This document shows positions 43,185 to 55,839 of a DNA stretch of 64,000 bases, piece by piece. Source of the DNA: Octopus vulgaris. Taxonomy: Eukaryota. A model generated the notes under the pieces. It did no database searches, had not been told where the DNA came from, and was given only the letters and a program-made list of their open reading frames with translations. Numbering within the stretch: position 1 is the first letter of the stretch; every line of letters begins with the position of its first letter. The position numbers and the translations under genes were made by a program. The stretch is from NCBI GenBank assembly GCA_951406725.2, contig OX597818.1, forward strand, positions 37,696,001 to 37,760,000. The letters run 5' to 3'.

Positions 43185-43398
43185 TACTGGAAGCACAAGG
43201 CCCCAAATTTGCGGGAAGGGAATAAGTCGATTATATCGACCCCAGTGCGTAACTTGTACTTATTTAATCGACCCCGAAAGGATGAAAGGCAAAGTCGACC
43301 CCGGCGGAATTTCAACTCAGATGGTAACGGCCGACGAAATACTTCTAAGCATTTCGCCCGGCGTGCCAACAATTCTGCCAGCTCACCGCCTTGATAAC

Positions 43399-43437
<39 letters not shown>

Positions 43438-43583
43438 CTTTACTCTTTTTACTCTTTTACTTGTTTCAGTCTTTGTAAGCCTAGTACTTATTCTATCGGT
43501 CACTTTTGCCGAAACGCTAAGTTACGGGGACGTAAACACACCAGCATCGGTTGTCAAGCGATGTGGGGGGGGGGGGAACACAG

Positions 43584-43614
<31 letters not shown>

Positions 43615-43770
43615 CGACGGGCTTCTTTCAGTTTCCGTCTACCAAATCCACTGACAAGGCTTTGGTCGGCCCGAGGCTATAGCAGAAGACACTTGCCCAA
43701 GGTGCCACGCAGTGGGACTGATTCCGGAACTATGTGGTTGGTAAGCAAGCTACTTACCACACAGCCACTC
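43185..43770 (-). mobile_element. SINE family B (43185-43392) and family A (43435-43770)
   Basis: Direct match to other copies; explains ORF 43174..43821. Confidence 0.88.
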
Positions 43771-44220
43771 TGGCACCTAATAATAATAATAATTCGTTCG
43801 TTTATTGGCCACAAGGGCTAACAAAAATCAATTAAAACATAAAGGGACAAAACACAGGACGAAAGTTACAAAGGGTTTTGTCCGTTTGAAAAAGTCCGTG
43901 TACAAAAGCAGGATGACAAACTCTCAACTACAAACTGGTGCAGTTTATAACTAGGACAGATTCGTAGATCAAGGAGAAAGTTTGGCGAACCAGAATTGTT
44001 GTTTTAGTTTAGTGTCTTACAAATGATATGGCGACAATAGCAACATTGCTGCCATTGTTTCTGTATCACTAGCAATTAGGAAACCAACTAGAAGCCAGCG
44101 CTTGTGATAGCTTAACCAGTTAGAAAAGACAGCCAGATTCTCCCATATTTCTTCCTACCGTCTTGTAAAAAGAAGAGTGTTATGTATGTATGTATGTATG
44201 TATGTATGTATGTATGTATG

Positions 44221-44440
44221 GGGCGAGCTGGCAGAAACGTTAGCGCATCGGGCGAAATGCTTAGCGGTACTTCGTCTGTCGTTACGTTCTGAGTTCAAAT
44301 TCCGCCGAGGTCGACTTTGCCTTTCATCCTTTCGGGGTCGATAAATAAAGTACAAGTTTCGCACTGGGGTCGATGTAATCGACTTAATCCCTTTGTTTGT
44401 CCCCTCTATGTTTAGCCCCTTGTGGGCAGTAAAGAAATAT
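44221..44440 (+). mobile_element. SINE family B
   Basis: Full head, core and GCCCCTTGTGGGCAGTAAAGAAAT tail. Further copies at 27980-28165, 29890-30105, 35225-35380 (-) and 56546-56780 (+). Confidence 0.88.
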
Positions 44441-45114
44441 ATATATGTATGTGTGTGTGTGTGTACGTGCATGCGCGCGCGCGTGTGTGTGTATGTGTGT
44501 ATCTGTGTATGTGTGTGTGTGTATGTGTGTCTGTGTGTGTGTGTGTGTGTGTGTCTGTACACGCGCATACATACATTACAATAGTACATTTAACGCATGG
44601 AGAAATAATTGCTCTCTTGAAAACAATGTGTGATGATGGCTAGGTGTTATTGTTGATGATAACGAGGAGGAGAAGGAGGAAGAGAAGGAGGAGGAGGAGG
44701 TCTTCTAACATAGACCTAAGTCCAAATATCTTATGGGAGGTTATGGAGACGACAATACTACTGCTGTTGCAAATATAATTGCACTTCAGCATAATCTAAG
44801 TCAAAATCTCTACTAACAGGCAAGTAACAACTCCCTGTAAAGCAAGGCATACAAAGGGCTCTTGACTTTTGAGGTCATCTATCTTAGTTTTTGTAATGTA
44901 AGTAGATAGACAAAAACCAACCTGCTGCCTACCTCTGGAAACCTATTAATGGTTTTATTACTGTGTTATAATGACTACTTCTGGCTAAAATATATAGTTC
45001 ATCACTCTTTCATGAACCCACATAAGAGGTTGTTTGGTTCTATGTATGTATGTATGTATGTATGTATGTATGTATGTATGTATGTATGTATGTATGTATG
45101 TATGTATGTATGTA

Positions 45115-45151
<37 letters not shown>

Positions 45152-45815
45152 ATGTACGTATGTACGCATGCGTGTATGTATGTATGTATGTATGTATGTA
45201 TGCATGTATGCATGTATGCGTGTATGTGTGTATGTATGTATGTAAGTAAGTATGTATGTATGTATGTATGTATGCATGTATGTGTGTATGTATGTATGTA
45301 TGTATGTATGTATATTAATATTCAGTTTTATTTCAAGATTTCTTGCCAATAGAGAAAGAACCGGTTTCTAACGTAGATTCAAGGCTCCTCCATTGGAATT
45401 TCAACGTCAACAAAAGGGTATTTTGTATGTATGCATGCATGTATGCATGTATGTATATATGGCTGGATGGATGGATGGATGTGTGTGCGTGTGTGTATGC
45501 ATGTATGCTTTATCTTGTACTTGTTACAGCTATTGGACTGCAGCACACTTGTACGCAGCCCTGAAGGGTTCCAGTCGAACGAATCGACCCCAGTACTTAC
45601 TTATTTTTTAAGCCTGGTATTTATTGTATCGGTGAGTTATACTGAACCGATAAGTCACATAGACATAAGCAAACCAACACCGGTTGTCAAACGGTGAATG
45701 GAGGACAAACGCGTGCGCGCTACACACAGGCGCACGCGCGCACGCACTCAGACACACATATATATGTATATATATGTGTATATATGTAGATATATATATG
45801 AACAAAAGTGAACAA

Positions 45816-45855
<40 letters not shown>

Positions 45856-45924
45856 GATGATGATGATGATGATGATGATATATATATATATATATATCAT
45901 CATCATCATCATCATCATCATCAT

Positions 45925-46923
45925 TTAACGTCCGCTTTCCATGCTAGCATGGGTTGGACGGTTCAACTGGGGTCTGGGGAGCCCGAAAGCTGCACCAGTC
46001 CAGTCAGATCTGGCAGTGTTTCTACAGCTGGATGCCCTTCCTAACGCCAACCACTCCGAGAGTGTAGTGGGTGATTTTATGTGCCACCGACACAGGTGCC
46101 AGACGAGGCTGGCAAACGGCCACGCTCGGATGGTGTTTTTTATGTGCCACCGACACAGGTGCCAGACGAGGCTGGCAGACGGCCACGCTCGGATGGTGTT
46201 TTTATGTGCCACCGACACAGGTGCCAGATGAGGCTGGCAAACGGCCACGATCGGATGGTGTTTGTTACGTGCCCACAGCACGGAGGCCAGTCGATGCGGT
46301 ACTGGCTACGGCCACGTTCGGATGGTTTTCTTGTGTGCCACGTGCCACCGGCACTGGTACCACAAAGATACAAATTCCATTGATGTTCATCTATTTTGAT
46401 TTGTTTTGATTTTCACTTGCCTCAACAGGTCTTCACAAGTGTCACAAGAAGGAAGGTATGCACAGGTGGACTGACTACGTCCCAGGTAGGGGCCACAGGT
46501 TATGGCCTGACTAGTCTTGCCGGGTCTTCGGATGGTGTTTTTATGTGCCACCGACACAGGTGCCAGATGAGGCTGGCGAACGGCCACGATCGGATGGTGT
46601 TTGTTACGTGCCCACAGCACGGAGGCCAGTCGGTGCGGTACTGGCTACGGCCACGTTCGGATGGTTTTCTTGTGTGCCACCGGCACTGGTACCACAAAGA
46701 TACAATTCCATTAATGTTCATCTATTTTGATTTATTTGATTTGATTTGATTTGATTTGTTTTGATTTCATTTTGATTTTCACTTGCCTCAACAGGCCTTC
46801 ACAAGTATCACAAGGAGGAAGGTATGCACAGGTGGACTGACTACGTCCCAGGTAGGGGCCATGGGATATGGCCTGACTAGTCTTGCCGGGTCTTCGGATG
46901 GTGTTTTTATGTGCCACCGACAC
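45925..46923 (-). mobile_element. retroposon with RTE-like 3' end and internal tandem repeats
   Basis: Minus-strand end GGTTGGCGTTAGGAAGGGCATCCAGC...GGACGTTAAA(TGA)n; ~63-bp units and a ~350-bp duplication; shorter + strand copy at about 49770-50190. Confidence 0.75.
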
Positions 46924-47060
46924 AAAGAAAAAAGATGGAGAAATATGGATGCGTGAATAATTTATTTGTATGATATAAAGATATTGAAACTTTTTAAAAC
47001 TAACAATAAAAGTAAATTATAAGTTGTAAAGCTCAACAAGAAATGGGAGATGCGGAAAAA

Positions 47061-47257
47061 AAACTACATATATGTTTCGGTTCTAGCCCCTAGCTGATAT
47101 GTAGTTCTAAGCGTTTGGCTATATGCTAAGAATGGTATCATTTTTAAATATATGGGGCAGAATTTCGTTAGGGTTTTTATGAGCTTATAGAACAAAGATT
47201 AAAATATTTCTTGAAAGGATGCATACATACATACATACATATATATATACATATATA

Positions 47258-47333
<76 letters not shown>

Positions 47334-47495
47334 GCATCCTTTCAAGAAATATGTTAACCCTTGTTCTATAAGCTCATAAAAACCCTAACGAAATTCTTCC
47401 CCATATAGTTAAAAATGATACCATTCTTAGCATATAGCCAAATGCTTAGAACTACATATCAGCTAGGGGCTAGAACCGAAACATATATGTAGTTT
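47061..47495. repeat. ~435-bp palindrome centred on (TA)n
   Basis: ~175-bp arms are near-perfect reverse complements and the (TA)n spacer is self-complementary. Confidence 0.95.
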
Positions 47496-47522
47496 ATATA
47501 TGTAGTTTATATATATATATAC

Positions 47523-47589
<67 letters not shown>

Positions 47590-47590
<1 letters not shown>

Positions 47591-48240
47591 CCCATTCATT
47601 TGGGCCGTTCTTGCGACTGTGAGCCTACCTTTCAGCAAACCCACGGGAGGACAGTACTTCTCCGCCCTTACCTTTCTCCAATTGAAATTTGAAGATGTCG
47701 ATGAAGAAACTGTCTGCCCTTCCCGAAAAAGAGGCTGAAGAGTGATCCTCACAATGGGCTTCATTGATGATTTGATCCCTACTATATATGACAGCAACTG
47801 TTTGGTATAACTTCACAAGTCAGTAAATGTGCAGAACAGTTTTGTCATTCTGCAAGCATCTTCGATAGGCCTGGCTGACGAAGGTACCGAATTTATCCTT
47901 AAATGGTTGTATTCCTTGGTCGTTTTTCCAAGCCAGAGATTTCTGGAAGTTCTCTGGGATAGACTAACCTGTTGATCATTCTCGTTGCTCAGAATCTCAC
48001 AGAGAGTGTCATCACCATCCTTGCTCACCACAAGCCTTCTTTCGAATACCCTGCAAAAAAAGAATTTTGAGGGCTTGACAGCATTCTAGATGATTCTAGA
48101 TGCGTCGTTTGACCCAGGACTTAGGGTTTCCGCGGGAAATTTTTCAAGGTGAAATAGACTGTTTTTAGTCCCTTCCTCCCAAAATGCAGGATTTAAGGTA
48201 CACTTGGGCATCCAGTCTTCAATAATGTATTTTCAGTAAG
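47590..48240 (-). mobile_element. degraded Tx1/L1-like LINE 3' fragment
   Basis: FFIDIFKFQL..KVRAE and DDTLCEIL segments parallel the 5010-7590 C-terminus. Confidence 0.65.
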
Positions 48241-48364
48241 GAAAATAGTATCACGTCAAAATTTTGTAGTTCTAGTTTTTACTTCTAAGTTAACAAATCA
48301 CTGCTTAGCAATTCTGAATATATATTTTAATGTGTGAAATATTCTTTATATTTGTATTTTGCAG

Positions 48365-48545
48365 GAATCTAATGTTCTCGTGGGACATGTTGTCGGTGCT
48401 GTCCTAGCATTTGCTCTTGGAACTCTGGGATATGGATGGACTCAAACGATAATATCTTATCGAACACGCCTGCCTGGATCTACACACATCCTCTGTCATT
48501 TTCGTTTGACGTTGTGTATATTTGGTACAGTTCTCTTCTTAGTCG
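48365..48545 (+). CDS. DRAM: DRAM exon (181 nt): ESNVLVGHVVGAVLAFALGTLGYGWTQTIISYRTRLPGSTHILCHFRLTLCIFGTVLFLV
   Basis: ttttgcag|GAA acceptor in phase 0; HxxGAxLAF and QTxxSY motifs; ends at G|gtatcctttt (U12-type donor); within ORF 48359..48562. Confidence 0.95.
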
Positions 48546-48555
48546 GTATCCTTTT
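48546..48555 (+). promoter_or_regulatory. U12-type (minor spliceosome) 5' splice site GTATCCTTTT
   Basis: Exact match to the GTATCCTTT consensus at the end of a DRAM exon; reading phase is consistent with exon 51425. Confidence 0.88.
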
Positions 48556-48879
48556 GTTGTAAAATATCTTGAAGACTTTTAAACGAATAAGACTTGGCGA
48601 ACCAGGCAGACTAGACAGTCTAGGCAGAGCAATAGCACTAGTAGTGTTGCAACAGTTGTTGTTACTGCTGTGTAACACCCAGTCAGCTGGATCAGGCTGT
48701 TATGTAGCACTCAGTTATTTGACCGAATAGTGAAGCGTAATCCACATATCCGTCTTTGCGGTTATACGATATCTGCGTCTAACTGAAGATCCTAATTCAC
48801 AATCTGATATGCACTGATGAATTTTATGGGCTGCACTGTAACAGTGTGGACATGTTGCATTTTCTCCACAATCGTAGGA

Positions 48880-49285
48880 GTGGATGTGTGGTAAGTAGCT
48901 TGCTTACCAACCACATGGTTCCGGGTTCTGTCCCACTGCGTGGCACCATGGACAAGTGTCTTCCGCTATAACCTCGGGCCGACCAAAGCCTTGTGAGTGG
49001 ATTTGGTAGACGGAAACTGAAAGAAGCCCGTCGTATATATATATATATATATGTACGTGTGTGTATATGCTTGTGTGTCTATGTTTGTCCACGCAACATC
49101 GCTTGACAACCGATGCTGGTGTGTTTACGTCTCCGTAACTTAGCGGTTCGACAAAAGAGACCGATAAAATAAGTACTAGGCTTACAAAGAAGTCCTGGGG
49201 TCGATTTGCTCGACTAAATGCTCCAACATGGCCACAGTAAAATGACTGAAACAAGTAAAAATAGTAATGAAAAAAAGAGTAAAGA
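48880..49285 (+). mobile_element. SINE family A (full length)
   Basis: tRNA-like head, central (TA)n/(TG)n, GAAACAAGTAAAA tail. Confidence 0.88.
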
Positions 49286-50199
49286 GTAATCAAACCTGTT
49301 TCTGTACACCCATAGATTCTGGTGGCGGTCACAGCAAAGACAATCAAAATGAACTCAGCCATAGCGCTACAGTTGCATTTAACATTAGTGGTGTGCATCC
49401 CAGGATAGTATTCGAGGCCAGTGAATCTACTGATGTGAAAGGTATTTCTATTTGAACGTGTTCCTTATACTTATCGGAAATGCTCTGAAGTGTTGCATAT
49501 GTTGTCTGGGTGTTTGGTGGTCGTTTTTTTATGTAATGCTAGGGGCTGTAAGGGCTATTCTGTTGACTAAATGTGGTTATTTTAAATATATGTGTATTGT
49601 TCTGCTTCCTTCAATGTTTTTGTGTGAATGTTGTGGTGAAGTTTGTAATCACTGGTATTTTGTCGTGTGTGTGTGTGGCATGCTTGGGCCTCACAGTGGA
49701 AATGACGAAGGCCGAGACCCCTGAGATATGCTGTGACTGTGAAGACCCGACAAATGAAGTGAGTTAATGGCTCGCAGGACGGCCTGCTGTGCTAACCTTG
49801 GATCGTATAGTGACCCGCTGTTCTCGAGGAGACCTATTGAGTCAAGTACGTCAACATAAAAAAAAAAATCAAATGGAAATTGTAGTTAAGACACCCGTGC
49901 CGGTGACACGTAAAAAGTACCTTCCGAACGTGGCAGATGCCTGCGCCGCCTGACTGGCGTCTGTGTCGATCGTGGCCGTTTGCCAGCCTGCTCTGGCCCC
50001 TGTGCCGGTGGCACGTAAAAAACACCCACTACACTCACGGAGTGATTGGCGTTAGGAAGGGCATCCAGCTGTAGAAACACTGCCAAATCAGACTTGACCC
50101 TGGTGCAGCCTCCAATACTTACCAGACCCCGGTTCGAACCGTCCAACACATGCTAGCATGGAAAACGGACGTTAAATGATGAAAATGATGTGGTGGCTG

Positions 50200-50700
50200 G
50201 ATGTACGTGATATTTCCTAGTGAGACTGGTAAGAAGGAAGCAGCGAATTTAATAGGTGCTACTTTGACCTATTTATGTGGGCAAGGTTTACAGGTGAAGA
50301 TTTAAGTAGGGTTAAAGTAGTTGTGCAGCAGCGTCATAGGAGTGGTAGAGGATGTGTGACGTCATCAGCATAGAAGACTGTCTGTGTGTTTCTCGACGGT
50401 GTAAGAAGGTCGTATAGGTGCAGTTTGAAAAGAATGACAGAGTTACTGTGCTATACCATTCTTGATATCGCAGGATCTAGTGTTGTGCTTGTACACCGCG
50501 AAGACTTCGTTGTCTGACAGGTAGTTTTGTTAGCCAGTGGTTAGTCTTTTAAGGGACGTTGAAATTTTCTTTATATGAGTGTATAGCAGGGGCGGAGTTA
50601 AAAGCTTTGCCGATGATGATGGTCGATAAAATTGAACCGTGATAGTTTGTTGCTGTTCCTGCTGCTGTTGTTGTTGTTGTTGTTGTTGCTGTTAAGCAAC
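50200..50700 (-). mobile_element. degraded non-LTR RT fragment, clade not assigned
   Basis: FYADDV at about 50360-50376 and a KAFNS motif near 50600 on the minus strand. Confidence 0.55.
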
Positions 50701-51401
50701 AAGACGGGTAAGGGTGATTAGGTAATGGTCTAGGGCTTAGGGGCGGGAGACCCCAGACCTTGGAAAAAAAAAACTTTGGTCGTCTTGTTGACGCCCGACA
50801 CCACTGGGGGGTGGCCTTCGAAGTCACTGGAAAAGGAGATCTCCAGGTCCAAATTCTTGAACGGCTGCTGCTGCTGCTATTCTTGTTGTTGTTGTTGAAG
50901 TCATCGTGTATTTTCTGTGTCAGGTTTATGGTTAGTGGTATTTAATCGCCGTTGTGATTTGGCGAGTGAGATGTTGTGGGTTAATGATATAAAAGATTTG
51001 CTTTCAACATAAGAATCTTTGAGCCGCTTGGTCAACGGGTGGAAAAGTTGTGTATGCTCACTAATTGTTTTAGGTGCTACATAAGAACCTAAAATAGTTA
51101 CATGCTACCTGGCCACATTCGCTTGCGAGTGACGGCTGTTGCTTTTTGTAAAAAGAAAAAAAAGGCCCGACTTTTTCTTTTATTTCAACAAGTTTGATGA
51201 AATAACGACAGGTATATATAATAGGCCTATCAAGACGACTATATTTCTTTTCAAGAACTTTTTATTGTGCCCAAGTCAAAAGAAAGTCTCGCGTACACTG
51301 TTATGCGTGTTTGTGTGAAATAGAGACAGTGTAGGTATGTGTGTGTTTGTGTATTTGCTTTCATTTTTCCATGTATGAAAATAGAATCCAAATCTATTTG
51401 A

Positions 51402-51424
51402 TCTTTAACACCAAACTTTCAAAG
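51402..51424 (+). promoter_or_regulatory. U12-type branch site (TCTTTAAC) and AG acceptor
   Basis: One mismatch to TCCTTAAC, ends 15 nt before the exon, no polypyrimidine tract before AAAG|. Confidence 0.78.
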
Positions 51425-51501
51425 GAATTACAGCATCTCACTTATCTTTCAAGAAGAAAAAATTCATTACTTCAGCCAAGCATTGGAAACCCACAGACGA
51501 G
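51425..51501 (+). CDS. DRAM: DRAM exon (77 nt): (G)ITASHLSFKKKKFITSAKHWKPTDE
   Basis: Not in the ORF track. Found by phase logic: phase 1 start after aaag|, phase 0 end at GAG|gttagt; HWxPxD matches the luminal loop of DRAM (human DRAM2 LHWNPEDK, from memory). Confidence 0.88.
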
Positions 51502-51897
51502 GTTAGTAAGAACTCACTATTCTATACTTTACTTTGAAAAGATATTTTCCTTCTTTTCTTTTTCTCACTTTCAGCTTAGCATTGAGGCGGTTTTTTCTTA
51601 ATGATTTCACCAACTCAACGTGAACTCGATTTAATGAAAATTCTCGCGGCGGTAAATACCTAAGCCACTTAGGAGGTGTTCGCTTATTAATGCGAACCGC
51701 TATTCAATATGTACGTTATAACATTTAGGTGTTGAATGCGTTTGCTGATTAAGGTCAACACAATTGACCTTTGTCAACGCAGCGTTTGTATTAGTCAACT
51801 TATAGATTAACTTTCTTGTTTCGTTTGTTCTTTCTTTGTGTTTTTAAATTCATTTATATAGAGCCTTTTCCATCTTTTACTTCAGACCCTTCTTTAT

Positions 51898-51969
<72 letters not shown>

Positions 51970-52930
51970 CAATAAATAGATATGTGTGTACACATTTAAA
52001 GCAACTTAAATAATGTAAACACTAACATGACTTAATGCATGTGTGGTTAAATGCTATGAAGGGTAGACCCATCTAAGACCAATATTCATCAAAGTAATAA
52101 TTGGTATATAATGCGCGGTATATCATTTAGTAACAAGAACGAATGGATTGTCCAAAACATTACTACACGCGTTTTAATAGCGTGGTTTATTTCCGTATAT
52201 AAAGTCCATTATATAACGTATTAGATACCATTACGTGAATTTGTATTATTATGTAACTATTCCATTTCATCAGGTGATATTCTGTTAAATATTTCTCTCA
52301 AATCTTTCTCTAAGTACAGTTTTGTGTTTGTGTATATGAAGCAAATCGCTTCCTAGATTCTTAGCCGTGATTCGAAAGCCAGTCTCGATTTTACTATGAT
52401 TCACTTTCTATTGTTCTCGGCATTTGCACGAAGAAATTTGAGTCAACTGTCATCTTGAGATAAGTTCTATTGTTTCCTGAAGATCCTTAGGTTAAATACA
52501 GTTCAGAGCAGATGAAAAATGCTTTGTTTAGCTTGACCTAATTTAAGTAGGAAAATATTATAAATACAGAACCCATATTCAATTCTTCCTCTTTCCCAAA
52601 GCGCATCTCGCTCTTTTGCGTGGTACCTGGTAGAAGAAGCACCTTTTGCGTGGTACCTGGTAGAAGAAGCACCTTTTGCATATTATAGGGGGGACTATAC
52701 AACTTTAACACTCGTAAACCCAGATAGGTAAATTCTCTTACAATTTCTCTTTCTTCCATATCCGTCTTCTAGCAGTCACCCAGAGAAACATAGTTGCTTA
52801 CGAAATGGTCAAAACAATATCTATTATCTTAATACAACTCGAAGTAGTTGTATCTTATATCGTTACAGTAAAATAAAAGTCATTTCAACCATATTTTTTC
52901 TATAAGTTAATTGGTACATATAACCGTTAC

Positions 52931-52975
<45 letters not shown>

Positions 52976-53671
52976 CACGAATATTCTAAGCGTTGCTTTA
53001 AGGTAGATGTGGATGCAGGCCCCAACAATCACTGCATTCTTATGAGGTACTGTTAAGCATAAATCGTACAATTGACGCGATATACGACGCATCTATCAAC
53101 GTACCCGATGCGTGAACAAGACGTAGTCCATATTAAAAAGGTTACATGCAAAATGGCCGCCTTTATGTTCCGTTCGTAAGGCCGCCTTTATGTTCTGTTC
53201 GTAAGCAACACTTAAAACCGAGTGCAATATGAACATATGAACTGTGCTGAAATGTATCAGTAGCACATCCTTGACTGCCCTAATTGAATGCCACTATGGC
53301 GTTAAACATAAAATTCAAGCAACACGATCCTAACGGCAATGGCGTTGACCTAATTATATTGCTCGTCGCTAAACTCAGTTCATTTCCGTACACTCTAACA
53401 ATGATTGACAAGCATTTTGTCAAAGAGCCAGTTATCTTCGTCTCACCCATCACCCGACTACGTTCATTTCAATCATGGAGACCTTTTCAAAAGTAGCTAT
53501 ACGTATATGTATGTATGTGTGTATGTATGTATGTGTGTATGTATGTATGTATGTATGTATGTATGTATGTATGCATGTATGTATGTATGTATGTATGTGT
53601 TATGTGTGTATGTGTGTGTGTGTGTAATATGTACATACATATTCAGTCTCACACACACATATGGCATATGT

Positions 53672-53715
<44 letters not shown>

Positions 53716-53914
53716 TTATTTAGTTACACACATGCACATATACAAAGATATACATACATACATACATGCATACATACATGCATACATGTATGCATGCATA
53801 CATGCGTGCATGATTGAATGATAAATGTTATATTGTTGTGAAAAGGAGGAAAACTGTAATTCAGACTAGCAACATCTCCATCAATGACTTGACTGCTTCC
53901 CCCTATATCTTTCC

Positions 53915-55250
53915 AGGAATGTTACAGGTATCTAGGGGTGAATGAAAACATATCTTACTATGGAACCTGTAACAAAAGAATATTACAGCCGAATAAAAAA
54001 ATTTGGACAACACAACTCTTTGCATTCAATAAAACAGTGGCCCACAATGTGTTTGCAGTGCAAGTATTCGTACTATCATTTGTTCTGTTTGATTGGACGC
54101 TTGACGAGATCCGAACCACTGATGTGAAAACCCGAAAAATACTAACAAGCACACATAATTTCCACATAAACAGTGTCGTAGATGGCCTCCACTTAAAACG
54201 GAAACAAGGCGGCGGAGGCTTAACATTGATCCAAGATGCCTGTGAGTGTCGTATCATATTCCTTCGGCAACAGTTTTTAACCACCAAGCGTCGAAGTGCA
54301 TCCCTTGACCAAGTTTGAATACGTGAGGCTGATAGCATCATAAGACTTGGAAAGCAGCTCCTTGAGCAACATTCCCTGTCTGATAATCTTAAATTCATGC
54401 CCAAGGAAGTCGCACAACTCTGCCGCAACGTATCATCAGATGAAAGGATGAGTATATATAAGCAGAAAACTATGCATGTGTATGTTAGTAAAAAGCTCCG
54501 ACATTGATCAGCAAAACAGTCTATCGTGGACCAATAACCGGATTAGTACCTCCCACTTTGAAGGGTATGCGTTTGCAATCCAAGAACAGGAAATATCAAC
54601 CAAATACCTGATGCACAAAAGGGATAGAGATGCAGGAAAATCAGTAAATTTTGACTACCAATGCAGATTTTGTGGATTTAACACCGAAGATATCATTCAC
54701 ATTATAAGCAGTTGTCCGAAAATGTCATCGCGGTATTATCTACTGATGAGACATGATGTTGTAGCTAGGACACTCTGTAATGAAATCCGTCGGAAGGATA
54801 ATCCCGAGGACAAAGAAATAAGAATCCACAGTATGGCAGAAGACTTAGCTACTCATAATAAAAAGGAGTACAGGTGGAATGTCCCAGTAAAAACCTCAAA
54901 TAAATGTAAGTACAACAGACCTGATATAATGATTTGGGATAAAGAAGAGAAACTATGTACCGTTGTGGAAATTAGCTGCCCAGCAGGTGTTTACATATAA
55001 CAGAAGATCAGTGAAAGAGAATGCCTACTGAACTATTAAGAAATCTGCAATTACTCTATCCAGATTATACGTTCAGGTTTATACCTGTAATTATTGGAGT
55101 CCTGAGAAGTGTAACACACAGCCTAAATACCAATCTTGAGAAATTAAGCTTCTCAAAAGCAGAAAGGAGAAAGTTGATTCGAAGACAACAGATCCAGTCC
55201 ATCACTGGAACTGTAAAAATCTGTAAAACATTCCAGAAGTTTATCATTTA
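53915..55250 (+). mobile_element. R4/Dong-like (RLE-type) retrotransposon 3' half
   Basis: LHLKRKQGGGGL, AIQEQEISTK, CRFC..EDIIHIISSC, RHD, RPDI, VEISCP, IPVIIG: zinc knuckle plus PD-(D/E)xK nuclease, with stops and frameshifts. Confidence 0.88.
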
Positions 55251-55784
55251 AATATATATGACCGTGTCTAGATATTCAACTGTATGCATGAGAATATATA
55301 CATAAAACAAAACATACAAATCTGTACTTATACATATATACAAACGCATACATACATACATACATACATACATACATACATACATACATACATACATACA
55401 TACATACATACATGCGTGCATGCACGCACGCACGCACACACACACACACATACATACATACATACATACACTGCTGTAAATGTTGAAATTCCTGTGAAGG
55501 CGCCTTGGATTAGGTTAGAAACCGCTCTTTCCCTATTGTCAAGAAATTTTGAAATAAAACTGAATAATGATATACATACATTTACTCTATGATTATTTTT
55601 ATACAACTTGGCCAGAGGCTACGACTCTTGTTGCCTTAGACTTCTCTGAGGTGATGAAAGTCATAACATCTGCTCAACAATAAATACGAATTATTCTTAC
55701 TATACTTTCTCGGGTAACATTCAGTTCTTTCTTATAGTCCATTACAACGGCCGCCATAAAGAAATCTCTCTCTCTCTCTCGCTC

Positions 55785-55839
<55 letters not shown>

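Noticed and set aside
43174-43821. 215-aa ORF
   Set aside because: Runs through two SINEs and an (AAT)n tract.
46077-46923. Regularly spaced repeats resembling a CRISPR array
   Set aside because: Units are contiguous tandem copies without unique spacers, in eukaryotic DNA with no cas genes.
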